From Vulcanisaeta distributa DSM 14429 (lineage in GTDB: Archaea; Thermoproteota; Thermoprotei; Thermoproteales; Thermocladiaceae), in contig NC_014537.1 in the NCBI RefSeq assembly GCF_000148385.1, forward strand, positions 300,001-332,000: a stretch of 32,000 nucleotides of DNA, in the 5' to 3' direction. The notes under the pieces were generated by a model. It was not told the origin of the DNA and did no database searches. It worked only from the letters and a program-made list of their open reading frames with translations. Positions 19,223-27,311 of the stretch are shown piece by piece. Made by a program: the position numbers and the translations under genes. The stretch's first letter is position 1. Each line of letters opens with the position of its first letter.

Positions 19223-20578
19223 ATGTCCCAGATAAAGATTGAGGAGGTGAAACCAACGTTTGAAAGGGTTGGACTGCACAGCCACATTAAGGGCCTAGGT
19301 GTTAGGGATGGCAAGGTGCAGTTCTCGGCTGATGGCTTCGTGGGGCAGGTTGAGGCTAGGGAGGCTGCCTACTACGTGGTTAAGATGATTAGGGCTGGTA
19401 AGTTCGGTGGTAAGGGTGTGTTAATCGTTGGACCACCTGGCACTGGAAAGACGGCACTGGCGATAGGTATTGCTAGGGAGCTTGGTCCGGACACACCATT
19501 CGTGCAGATAAGCGCTGCCGAGGTCTACAGCATGGAGATTAAGAAGACGGAATTCCTAACCAGGGCTCTTAGGAGTGCCATTGGCGTTAGAATTAGGGAG
19601 TGGCGTAGGGTTTATGAGGGCGTTGTTAAGAGCCTAGATATTCAGTACGGTAGACACCCCTACAACCCATACGCCCAAATACCCAGGAGCGCCACCATAA
19701 CCCTGGCCACGAAGGATGAGGAGAAGAGGCTTAGGGTCCCCGCCGAGATTGCCGCGCAGTTAATTGAGCTCGGCGTTGAGGAGGGTGACGTCATATGGAT
19801 TGATGAGGAAACTGGTAGGGTGTTCGTTCAGGGTAAGGGTGAGGGTGGTGAGACTTATGATATTTACGTTAAGAAGAAGATCGAGGTGCCCAAGGGACCT
19901 GTCTATAAGGAGAAGGAAATAACGAGATTCTTCACACTCAACGACCTCGATATATACCAGGCTAGGCAACAGGGTTTGCTTAGTGCCATGATATTCGGCT
20001 TTGCCGCCGAGGAGCGTGAGATCCCGAATGATGTTAGGAAGGCCGTTGATGAGTTTGTGATGAAGTTAATTAGTGATGGGAAGGGCGAGCTTGTGCCGGG
20101 TGTGTTGTTTATTGATGATGTACACATGCTCGATATAGAGACCTGGGCCTACCTAAGTAGGGCTATGGAGAGTGAGTTAAGCCCAATACTAATCCTAGCC
20201 ACTAATAGGGGTATAACGAAGATAAGGGGCACGGATGTTGAGTCACCACATGGCGTTCCCCTCGACATGCTTGATAGGCTCATTATAATCAGGACGAAGC
20301 CATACACAGCCGATGAGGTTAGGGAGATAATAAAGATTAGGGCTAGGGAGGAGAAGGTTTCGTTAACTAATGACGCGCTTGAGGAGTTGACTAAGATAGG
20401 CACTGAGGAGAGCCTTAGGTATGCAATACAGTTATTAGCGCCTGCCCAGTTAAGGGCTCAGGAGGTTGGTCATAAGGAGATCGCTAAGGAGGATGTTGAG
20501 TACGTTAAGAGGTTATTCCTTAGTGTTAAGGAGAGTGTTCAGTATGTTAAGGAGTATGAAAACTACTTTCTGCGTTGA
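19223..20578 (+). CDS. TIP49 / RuvB-like (RuvBL1/2-type) AAA+ ATPase
   Basis: It has HSHIKGLG, Walker A GPPGTGKTALA, a domain-II-like insertion, the Walker B region LFIDDVHMLDIE, sensor 1 ATNRG and LDMLDRL. The ATG at 19223 has TTTAAAGG about 27 nt upstream and is preferred to the TTG at 19184. Confidence 0.9.
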   Translation: MSQIKIEEVKPTFERVGLHSHIKGLGVRDGKVQFSADGFVGQVEAREAAYYVVKMIRAGKFGGKGVLIVGPPGTGKTALAIGIARELGPDTPFVQISAAEVYSMEIKKTEFLTRALRSAIGVRIREWRRVYEGVVKSLDIQYGRHPYNPYAQIPRSATITLATKDEEKRLRVPAEIAAQLIELGVEEGDVIWIDEETGRVFVQGKGEGGETYDIYVKKKIEVPKGPVYKEKEITRFFTLNDLDIYQARQQGLLSAMIFGFAAEEREIPNDVRKAVDEFVMKLISDGKGELVPGVLFIDDVHMLDIETWAYLSRAMESELSPILILATNRGITKIRGTDVESPHGVPLDMLDRLIIIRTKPYTADEVREIIKIRAREEKVSLTNDALEELTKIGTEESLRYAIQLLAPAQLRAQEVGHKEIAKEDVEYVKRLFLSVKESVQYVKEYENYFLR

Positions 20579-20647
20579 GGCCTTCTACACCTAAAGAAAA
20601 GTTAAGGTTAAAAAGGCAATAGGAAGAGCCGGTTATGGGGAATAACC

Positions 20648-21097
20648 ATGCTTAGCCTTAACGATGTTGTTCAGGCAATATACACGGTGACTAGGGTCGT
20701 AACCGTGCCCGTTAATATACACGCAATCATTTACCTGGCAGGTAGGGATTGGGCAATGTTTGAGAGGGATGGCCCATACATCATCTATAAAACCACGGAT
20801 ACCCAGGGAAATCCCGTAATCATTAAACTCAGGATTAGGGAAACCGGTTCATCCGAAACTCATTATTACGAGGTTTACGGCATGGAAATGCAGTTCAAAT
20901 ACATGGGTAATGACTTCCTAGCCGTATACCCAATAAGTGGCGGTTTTAGTAAGGCTAAGGTTGATGATAAATATCTCCTCGACATAAGCACTAAAATAGG
21001 TGGTGGTGAGCCATGCATAGCTGCGTTGAGAATTGGGCAGGTACCAGCAATATGCAAGCAGATTGGTAAGTTCTACCTCGTGATTGCAAGGATGTGA
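20648..21097 (+). CDS. Hypothetical protein
   Basis: 149-aa ATG ORF with protein-like composition. I recognise no family. Confidence 0.5.
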   Translation: MLSLNDVVQAIYTVTRVVTVPVNIHAIIYLAGRDWAMFERDGPYIIYKTTDTQGNPVIIKLRIRETGSSETHYYEVYGMEMQFKYMGNDFLAVYPISGGFSKAKVDDKYLLDISTKIGGGEPCIAALRIGQVPAICKQIGKFYLVIARM

Positions 21098-21152
21098 TCA
21101 GTAGCGGCGTTCCGGCATCACCGCTCTGCTGGGTTCATCCTCATCACACATA
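21094..21152 (-). ncRNA. Candidate C/D box guide sRNA (sR-2)
   Basis: Minus-strand reading. C box GUGAUGA (21147..21141), 12-nt guide GGAUGAACCCAG, degenerate D' CAGA (21128..21125), 3-nt spacer, C' GUGAUGC (21121..21115), 13-nt guide CGGAACGCCGCUA, D box CUGA (21101..21098). A strong TATA box lies about 28 nt upstream. The 3' end abuts the stop codon of the convergent ORF. Confidence 0.5.
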
Positions 21153-21170
21153 TAGTCATTAGGGAATTGG

Positions 21171-21182
21171 TTTATATATAAC
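21171..21182. promoter_or_regulatory. Palindromic TATA element (TTTATATATAAC), possibly used bidirectionally
   Basis: It lies about 25-30 nt upstream of the sR-2 C box on the minus strand and about 30 nt upstream of the DUF47 ATG (21209) on the plus strand. Confidence 0.4.
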
Positions 21183-21208
21183 TCTTTAGTCATATTTTTG
21201 CTTTGGGA

Positions 21209-21922
21209 ATGTCTCGGTTTATAAAGGACTTTTGGGGTAGGATATTATCGCCGCTGTATGTGGGAGAGAGGGAATTCATAAGTAAGTTGGTTACACATAT
21301 TGAGCTTAGCCAAAGGGCATTATCAATACTCGAGGAGATGGTTCTTAGCGCGGTGGAGAATAATAGCGTGAGTAAGACCAGGGTTTCTGAGAGAATGAGG
21401 GAAATAGCGGCGCTTGAGCGTGAGGGTGATGAAATCGTCAGGCAGATAAACGACTCAGTACTCAGGGGTGCTGTCCCAATAACTACCGCGTCGATTATGG
21501 ACACCATACTCAATAAGTCGGATGATATATTGGACGGCATTCACGTACTATCGAGGGAGTTGAGACGTACCTACTACCTATGTAATACAGAGCCCGTTAG
21601 GAAGTTCTTAAGTGAGGAGTTCTTAGAGATGCTCAGGATTGGTAAGGAAGCCCTCAAGATGCTCCTTGAGATAATTAACAACCTGGACAGGAAGAGCTTC
21701 AGCGATATCAGAGTCATGGTCATGGGCATACAGAAGCTTGAGGAAGAGGTCGATGACATAAAGGACTCAGCCCTGGACAAACTATACTCCAACGCCAAGG
21801 ATTTAACCTACGTGGAGTTCATGAGTAGCATGAGCTTGATATTTGGTATTGATGATGTGCTTGATTCGATAAAGGATATTGCTTATATGCTATTGACGTT
21901 AATTAGTACGTATGGTGCATGA
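21209..21922 (+). CDS. DUF47 (PhoU-like / TIGR00153-type) family protein
   Basis: 237 aa and all-helical. It has the family-typical N-terminus (FIKDFWGRILSP), an EREGDEIVRQI motif and a second ...EEEVDDIKD... repeat. ATG 21209 is preferred over TTG 21203. Confidence 0.7.
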   Translation: MSRFIKDFWGRILSPLYVGEREFISKLVTHIELSQRALSILEEMVLSAVENNSVSKTRVSERMREIAALEREGDEIVRQINDSVLRGAVPITTASIMDTILNKSDDILDGIHVLSRELRRTYYLCNTEPVRKFLSEEFLEMLRIGKEALKMLLEIINNLDRKSFSDIRVMVMGIQKLEEEVDDIKDSALDKLYSNAKDLTYVEFMSSMSLIFGIDDVLDSIKDIAYMLLTLISTYGA

Positions 21923-22649
21923 CAAGGTGATTGATGTTAGGGCCGTGCTCTTTGATTACGACGATACCCTAGTGGAGACTAGGGGTGCTATGGATTACGC
22001 AAGACGGGCTGTGGCCAGAAAAATATCGTTGAGGACCTCCCTTGATGAGTACCTTGTACTCAACGTGATTAGGGATGTTGAGGTGAGGATGGAATCCATT
22101 GGCCAGTTTGACAGGAGGGTTTGGTTTAGCGAGGTGGTTAAGGCTCTTAATATTGACTTGAGTATTGGCGACATTAATGATCTCGTCAAGACCTACTGGG
22201 ATTCACTGCGCCTACGGAGTAGGTTATTCCCCGACGTCATACCAACCCTGGGCTTACTGAGGGCATGTGGTTTCAGGATCGGTTTGGTGACGAACACTGA
22301 CGGTGAGCCGGGGCTTAAGAGGGATAGGATACGTGGGGATGGCGTTGATGGATTATTTGACTTAATAATAGTGGCTGGGGATGATACAGTACACACGAAG
22401 CCTCACCCTGAACCATTCATCAAAGCTCTACAGACCCTTAACATGAGGGGCTATGAGGTGGTTTACATTGGTGATAGGGTGGATGTTGATGTGGCTGGGG
22501 CGAAAGCCGTAGGCATGCATGCAGGCCTTATTGATAGGTACGGTACTGCGGACCCCAGGGCTTATGGTCGTGACGGCGCAAGGCCCGATTTCATAATTTA
22601 CTCGTTGGCAGAACTACCGCAATTACTTAGTTGTGTCAGTAATGCTTAG
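21912..22649 (+). CDS. HAD-superfamily hydrolase (phosphatase, subfamily IA-like)
   Basis: It has motif I VLFDYDDTLVET (DxDxT), motif II LVTNT and motif IV YIGDRVDVDV. Its start overlaps the DUF47 stop by 11 nt (ATGGTGCATGA). Confidence 0.85.
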   Translation: MVHDKVIDVRAVLFDYDDTLVETRGAMDYARRAVARKISLRTSLDEYLVLNVIRDVEVRMESIGQFDRRVWFSEVVKALNIDLSIGDINDLVKTYWDSLRLRSRLFPDVIPTLGLLRACGFRIGLVTNTDGEPGLKRDRIRGDGVDGLFDLIIVAGDDTVHTKPHPEPFIKALQTLNMRGYEVVYIGDRVDVDVAGAKAVGMHAGLIDRYGTADPRAYGRDGARPDFIIYSLAELPQLLSCVSNA

Positions 22650-22798
22650 GGTAGGTGATGCACGTCCATCCCATGTTAGTAATGATGTGGTTGCACTACA
22701 TTGGTTGGTTTTTACGTTGAATGATTAATGGGCATGTATTTGATATCTATGCATTAGATTTCTCAGTGAGTTGAAAATAATTATTAGGTTTGATTTTA

Positions 22799-23179
22799 TT
22801 ACTCAACGAGTATCTTCGTCAGCTTATCCTTTAGCTTTTCTATCTCGAGCAGTATTAGCCCCAGGTTTGGCTCGGGCTTTGCTATGGCCGTTAGTATCAA
22901 GTCCTTGCTTAATGGCGCCACTAGTAGAGTATTCCTGGTGTACTGCGACACGCTTATTACTGACTCGCCCAAGCCCAGTTCTGCACCGAGCCTGTCCATG
23001 GTGCTTCTGGCTATCGCTACCATGGCACTAACGACCTTTGCATTAAATTCTCCACTGACCTTAAACGCGACTGGTAAGCCATCGCGTCGAACAACGAGCG
23101 CGCCAACTATGTCTGGGAAGACTCGGTTCATAAATTCCTCCAACGCATTCACAACCTCCTTACCTACGCTGGACTCCAT
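22799..23179 (-). CDS. Roadblock/LC7 (MglB-like) domain protein
   Basis: 126 aa. The pattern ...IVGALVVRRDGLPVAFKVSGEFNAKVVSAMVAIARSTMDRLGAELGLGE...LLVAPL...LILTAIAKPEPNLGLI is typical of Roadblock/LC7. ATG 23179 is preferred over TTG 23188. Confidence 0.8.
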   Translation of the reverse strand: MESSVGKEVVNALEEFMNRVFPDIVGALVVRRDGLPVAFKVSGEFNAKVVSAMVAIARSTMDRLGAELGLGESVISVSQYTRNTLLVAPLSKDLILTAIAKPEPNLGLILLEIEKLKDKLTKILVE

Positions 23180-23289
23180 CGTTAACAATATAGCATCTGT
23201 GTTTAAAAAACTTTCTATTCTATTATGAATTAAATATTAAGGTGAGCACCACGGCAAATCTTAAATAATGCTATTGAAACCGAACTCGT
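23180..23289. promoter_or_regulatory. Divergent promoter region (Roadblock gene / molybdoenzyme gene)
   Basis: TTTTTAAA (minus-strand sense, about 23203-23212) lies about 28 nt from ATG 23179. CTTAAATAATG (about 23258-23268) lies about 27 nt from ATG 23290. Confidence 0.4.
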
Positions 23290-25389
23290 ATGCCCCTCAG
23301 GGAGCACTTGGACATCGTAACGGGGAATTCCACGTACCTGGATGATGTTAGGTTTGACAATATGGCTTACCTGCACGTGATTAGATCGCCGTATGCGAGG
23401 GCTCGTATAACACGGATAGAGGGACCGGGCTCTCGTGCCCTGTTATTCCTCACTGCCAATGACATAGGTGACCTACTGATGCCTGCCGTTACGGCGCCTA
23501 ACGCTAAGGTGGTTAGAATGCCAGTGCTGCCTCGCAATACCGTGAACTTTGTCGGCCAGCCCGTGGCGGCAGTGGTCACGGACTCTAGGTACTCGCTTGA
23601 GGATGTCGCTGACGAGGTATCGATTGAGTACGAGCCGTTGAGGCCCGTGGTTACGATAGACGAGGCATTAAGGAATGAGGAAGTGATACACCCAGAGATA
23701 GGTACAAACATATCCCTGGACATCACGTTGGAGGGCGGTGACCTTAACGTGTTTAAGGAGGCGGATGTGGTTGTTGAGAGGGAAATTGAGCAAGCCAGGT
23801 TGGTTGCCAACCCAATGGAGCCCAAGGGATGTGTCGTTTATTACAATGGCGATAAGCTCCTCGTCTACGCATCCACGCAATCAACGTTTAGGGTCAGGTC
23901 AGACCTGGCGGAGGTCCTCGGTCTGCCGATTGATAAGATCGTGGCTAAGGCCCCTAAGAACGTTGGCGGTGGCTTTGGCAATAAGACGCCGGCTTACCCC
24001 GAGTACGTACTCGCCGCGATAGCCTCAATGAAGCTGAAGAGGCCCGTTAAGTGGGTTGAGACGAGGACTGAGCACTTAAACAATGCGACCCAGGGCAGGG
24101 GCGTTAAGTCTAGGATGAAGCTCTACGCCAAGAGGGATGGGACCATACTGGGTATTGAGGGCGAAGTAATTGTTAATCTGGGCGCCTATAACTTCACCAT
24201 AAATGCCTCATCGCCAATATTCATAGCGAACCTATCCACGGGACCCTATAGAATGCTTGCGGCCAGGGTTAGGGCGGTCGGTGTTTTCACGAACACACCA
24301 CCCTCCGGTCCATACCGAGGCGCAGGTAGGCCCGAGGCAGCGTTAATTCATGAGACCCTAATCGATGACCTTGCCGATGAACTGGGCATGGACCCCGTCG
24401 AGGTCAGGAGGAAAAACATAATTAGGGATGGCGAGACCTACAAGACGCCGCTGGGCCTTGTTATTGACCCCGCCAATTACCAGTCAATTCTTGAGGACGC
24501 CGCTAGGCATTATTATGAGTTAAGGAGTAGGTATCCAGGCAGGGGTGTCTCCATAGCTGTCTTTGCGCTCTATGTAAGCACGTTTGGTGGGGAGGGCGTT
24601 AGAGCCGTGATTGGCAATGGCAAGTTAAGGCTCTACATTGGCTCTAGGCCGCAGGGACACGCCCACGTGTCCGCATTCACAAAATACGCCTCTGAAGTGT
24701 TTGGGGTGCCTGAGGAATTAATTGAGGTTGTGCCTGGCGATACCGAGACCCTTAACTACGGCGTTGGCACGTTCGGCAGTAGGAGCGCTACCGTGGTTGC
24801 GGCGACAATTACCGAATTGGCGGAGAGGGTTACATCGAAGTTGTCATCAATGGGTCTATCGCTTATTGACGCGATTAAGTCAAGGGGCGTTGTTATTGAG
24901 GAGGAGGTTGATTATAAACCAAGCATTGCCATACTCGCGCCGGGCGCTCATGTCGCAGTTGTTGATTTCGACCCAGAGACTCTGGTGGCAAACGTGATTG
25001 ATTACTATGCGGTTTACAACGTCGGTAAACCACTTCTTGAGGAGGAGGTTGAGGCGCAGCTTCATGGTGGCATACTCCAGGGAGTCGCACAAGTGCTTTG
25101 GGAGGGCGCGGCGTACGGTGATGATGGGACACCGCTTCATTCGTCCCTCGCGGATTACGGATTGCCCAGTCCTCCCGACGTGACGTATAAGGTATTGACT
25201 AGGGGTTTGAATACGCCATCGATTATGCCCGGTGGATTACGTGGTATTGGTGAGGCTGGGACGGTGGGCGCGTTGGCAAGCACATTCCTGGCTCTTGAGA
25301 AGGCGATAAGGGCTAAGATGAATATTAGGGTCAAGCTTAATAGAATGCCGGTGACGCCATCGTATCTACACAGGCTAATTAGTAATTAA
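23290..25389 (+). CDS. Xanthine dehydrogenase/aldehyde oxidase family molybdopterin-binding large subunit (CoxL/CutL-like)
   Basis: 699 aa. It has the N-terminal a/b-hammerhead region, GGGFGNK, YRGAGRPEA and the C-terminal RGIGEAG active-site region. Confidence 0.9.
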   Translation: MPLREHLDIVTGNSTYLDDVRFDNMAYLHVIRSPYARARITRIEGPGSRALLFLTANDIGDLLMPAVTAPNAKVVRMPVLPRNTVNFVGQPVAAVVTDSRYSLEDVADEVSIEYEPLRPVVTIDEALRNEEVIHPEIGTNISLDITLEGGDLNVFKEADVVVEREIEQARLVANPMEPKGCVVYYNGDKLLVYASTQSTFRVRSDLAEVLGLPIDKIVAKAPKNVGGGFGNKTPAYPEYVLAAIASMKLKRPVKWVETRTEHLNNATQGRGVKSRMKLYAKRDGTILGIEGEVIVNLGAYNFTINASSPIFIANLSTGPYRMLAARVRAVGVFTNTPPSGPYRGAGRPEAALIHETLIDDLADELGMDPVEVRRKNIIRDGETYKTPLGLVIDPANYQSILEDAARHYYELRSRYPGRGVSIAVFALYVSTFGGEGVRAVIGNGKLRLYIGSRPQGHAHVSAFTKYASEVFGVPEELIEVVPGDTETLNYGVGTFGSRSATVVAATITELAERVTSKLSSMGLSLIDAIKSRGVVIEEEVDYKPSIAILAPGAHVAVVDFDPETLVANVIDYYAVYNVGKPLLEEEVEAQLHGGILQGVAQVLWEGAAYGDDGTPLHSSLADYGLPSPPDVTYKVLTRGLNTPSIMPGGLRGIGEAGTVGALASTFLALEKAIRAKMNIRVKLNRMPVTPSYLHRLISN

Positions 25390-25419
25390 TAATTTTAATT
25401 TTAATTACAGTGTAAGGAA

Positions 25420-25923
25420 TTACTTGGTTGTCTCGAGTAATGCCTTGAAGAGCGTTACTGGGAATGTGCGATCCATGCCCAGATAATCAATGAGTAGTAC
25501 GTATAGTTCATACGGCAGTGCGCCGGCCAGTATTGTCCTTGCCACGAAGAATTTTGCATCGGCATCACCGCACATCTTCATAGCCTCCGCCGCCTGAAGT
25601 GCGGTGAAGGCGGCGTAGATTCCGGGGTTTACGCGATACACCGCGAATATAGACAGTATGCTGTCTGCGTATTCGCCGATGTCCGTTGTACCTACGAGTT
25701 TCTTAATGTTCTCCTGAATCTCGGTGAACTTGCTTATCAGTGCGTTGACGTCATCTGACAGTTCAGGGAATATCTTGAGTAAGATGCTTACTGCATTCTT
25801 TGTTATGGCATCGTAATTCTTCAACACGCACTCGCTTGGTTTTACGTTAAGGTTCGTTATGATTAATTGAACTGTCTTCTTTATCTCCTCTTTCACGTCG
25901 GTACTGCTTGAGCTCATCATCAT
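25420..25923 (-). CDS. Uncharacterized helical protein, paralog B of a tandem pair
   Basis: 167 aa from the ATG triplet at 25923 (MMMSSSSTDVKEE...). A TATA-like ATTTAAG element lies about 22 nt upstream. The GTG-extended track ORF (26028) would overlap the upstream paralog. By hand alignment it is roughly 55-60% identical to the neighbouring ORF. Confidence 0.6.
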   Translation of the reverse strand: MMMSSSSTDVKEEIKKTVQLIITNLNVKPSECVLKNYDAITKNAVSILLKIFPELSDDVNALISKFTEIQENIKKLVGTTDIGEYADSILSIFAVYRVNPGIYAAFTALQAAEAMKMCGDADAKFFVARTILAGALPYELYVLLIDYLGMDRTFPVTLFKALLETTK

Positions 25924-26020
25924 ATAACGTGAGAGGGGGTATTTAAGTATTAGCAGTAGAAAGAAGTCTATCATGGTATTAACCTGGTAAGGATATTTGA
26001 TTAATATAGGGTATATTGAG

Positions 26021-26563
26021 TTAGCCACTGTTCTCTTTACCGTATTTCTCCAGTAACGCCTTAAGTAGGTTTATTGGGAAGTTGTGATCTAGGCTTAGGT
26101 AGTCAAGTAACAGCCTATATAAATTATTTGGGAGCGAGCTGGCCAGTAATGTCCTCACCAGGAAGAACTTCGCATCGGAATCACCGCAGATCTTTGCTGC
26201 CTCCATTGCCTGTAGTGCCGCAAATACGCCATAGAGGCCTGGGTCGACATTATACGTTGTAAATATGGTTAATACTGCATCCGCGTATTGTGCCGGGTCC
26301 TTAATCCCCACGAGTTTCCTACTGGCCTCCTGGATCTCCTTGAACTTGCTTGCCAGTATGTTGAACTCTGTCGATAGTTCTGGGAATAACTTGAGTACTT
26401 GGTTCATTGCGTTTAGGGTTATTGTGCCGTAATTCTTCAGTAGACAGTCGCTTGACTTTACCTCAAGGGCTGAGGTTATTATGCGGGCAATGTAGTTAAC
26501 TATCTCCTTCACATCGGCACTACCTGGTATGCCTACTATCGTGCCTGGCCCTGACGCGCTCAT
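26021..26563 (-). CDS. Uncharacterized helical protein, paralog A of a tandem pair
   Basis: 180 aa from ATG 26563 (MSASGPGTIVGIPGSADVKE...). By homology to paralog B the 11-codon extension to ATG 26596 looks unnecessary, but it cannot be excluded. Confidence 0.6.
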   Translation of the reverse strand: MSASGPGTIVGIPGSADVKEIVNYIARIITSALEVKSSDCLLKNYGTITLNAMNQVLKLFPELSTEFNILASKFKEIQEASRKLVGIKDPAQYADAVLTIFTTYNVDPGLYGVFAALQAMEAAKICGDSDAKFFLVRTLLASSLPNNLYRLLLDYLSLDHNFPINLLKALLEKYGKENSG

Positions 26564-26672
26564 TATATTTATTAGTAATTGAACAAATATAAGCATTAAG
26601 TAGTTGAAATAATGTCACTGAGCCGATCAGATATAGATAAACATTATTACAGTAATACCATGCTAATCGTGA

Positions 26673-27248
26673 CTAGTTTGAATGGGTATTCAGGTGTAGA
26701 AAGTGTAAAAAAGAAAATCTATCTATCATTGGCATTAGTGTCAGCAATGCCGCTGCCATGATGGGTTTCCAGGGGATTAAGGCCCTAGGCGCCCTTAGTT
26801 CTATCTTAACGTTTTCAATAATATCACTGATGCACTTACCCATTGGTTTTATGCATATCCTTTTATCGGTAACAAAATGCCTCAGCGCATCATAAACCTC
26901 ATAGACCACATTGAACCTAGGGCCAACGAGGTGCTGCAGGTAATCCCTACTGATCTCCGCCTCAGCCTCTATCACACCATCGCTAAAAATCCTTGCGTGG
27001 AGTTCCCACGGGCCGTAAACCCTCATTGCCAGGCTATATAATTCGCCCCTATTGATGGATAACATCGTTGGTTTAAAGCCCCTGCTCATTAGTCCCAGTG
27101 CGGCATCGTGTACACTATGGGGAGGTATCTTAATGATAAATACGTGTTTTTGCGAGCCCATCATTATCGTGGACAGGGGAACCCTATATTTTGTCCCATC
27201 CTCGAGGCGTACAAGCCAGGGCAAATAAACATCATAGGTGCTATCCAT
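26673..27248 (-). CDS. Hypothetical protein with a C-terminal hydrophobic anchor
   Basis: 191 aa from ATG 27248; the track ORF starts at TTG 27293. It lies immediately downstream of the MMPL gene on the same strand. The C-terminal segment LIPWKPIMAAALLTLMPMI looks transmembrane. I recognise no family. Confidence 0.5.
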   Translation of the reverse strand: MDSTYDVYLPWLVRLEDGTKYRVPLSTIMMGSQKHVFIIKIPPHSVHDAALGLMSRGFKPTMLSINRGELYSLAMRVYGPWELHARIFSDGVIEAEAEISRDYLQHLVGPRFNVVYEVYDALRHFVTDKRICIKPMGKCISDIIENVKIELRAPRALIPWKPIMAAALLTLMPMIDRFSFLHFLHLNTHSN

Positions 27249-27311
27249 ACAGGGGATTTCTTCACCACCCCTTAAATTACTTATATCCCACAAAGTATGT
27301 CAGGCCCCCAT

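Noticed and set aside
21103-21125. A small hairpin (AGCGG ... CCGCT) just after the stop of ORF 20648..21097, considered as a terminator.
   Set aside because: It has only a 5-bp stem with a 13-nt loop, and archaeal termination relies on T-tracts rather than hairpins. The region is better explained by the C/D box layout on the opposite strand.
22655-22704. C/D-sRNA-like spacing in the HAD/Roadblock convergent gap: GUGAUGC, 12 nt, UGUU, 4 nt, AUGAUGU, 12 nt, UUGG.
   Set aside because: The spacing is suggestive, but both D-type boxes lack the CUGA/GA needed for a kink-turn and the C box is degenerate. I do not call it an sRNA. It would be worth a look only if RNA-seq shows a small transcript.
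647-25183. Numerous 60-180-aa ORFs antisense to, or out of frame within, well-supported genes. Examples are 647..943, 2357..2560, 3045..3479, 3952..4959, 7224..8229, 9135..9446, 9957..10424, 11250..12221, 15378..16545, 17165..17818, 19760..20403, 21190..21540, 22771..23228, 23367..24022 and 24722..25183.
   Set aside because: They are fully nested in genes with clear family signatures. They have low-complexity Ser/Pro/Thr/Leu-rich composition typical of shadow frames and show no recognisable motifs. The only opposite-strand ORF with real protein signal is 8433..8966, which the ppdK inversion explains.
25390-25419. The T-rich stretch TAATTTTAATTTTAATT between the convergent molybdoenzyme and paralog-B genes, considered as a bidirectional terminator.
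   Set aside because: It is plausible as an archaeal oligo-T terminator, but it is indistinguishable from generic AT-rich spacer by eye, so I have not listed it as a feature.
14159-26028. Long N-terminal extensions of track ORFs starting at TTG/GTG (14159, 16504, 16515, 19184, 21203, 23188, 26028, 27293, 30140).
   Set aside because: The extensions overlap neighbouring genes or promoter elements, add non-conserved residues ahead of known N-terminal motifs, and begin with rare start codons. In each case a downstream ATG (GTG for 14261) sits at TATA-box distance. The start calls remain predictions.
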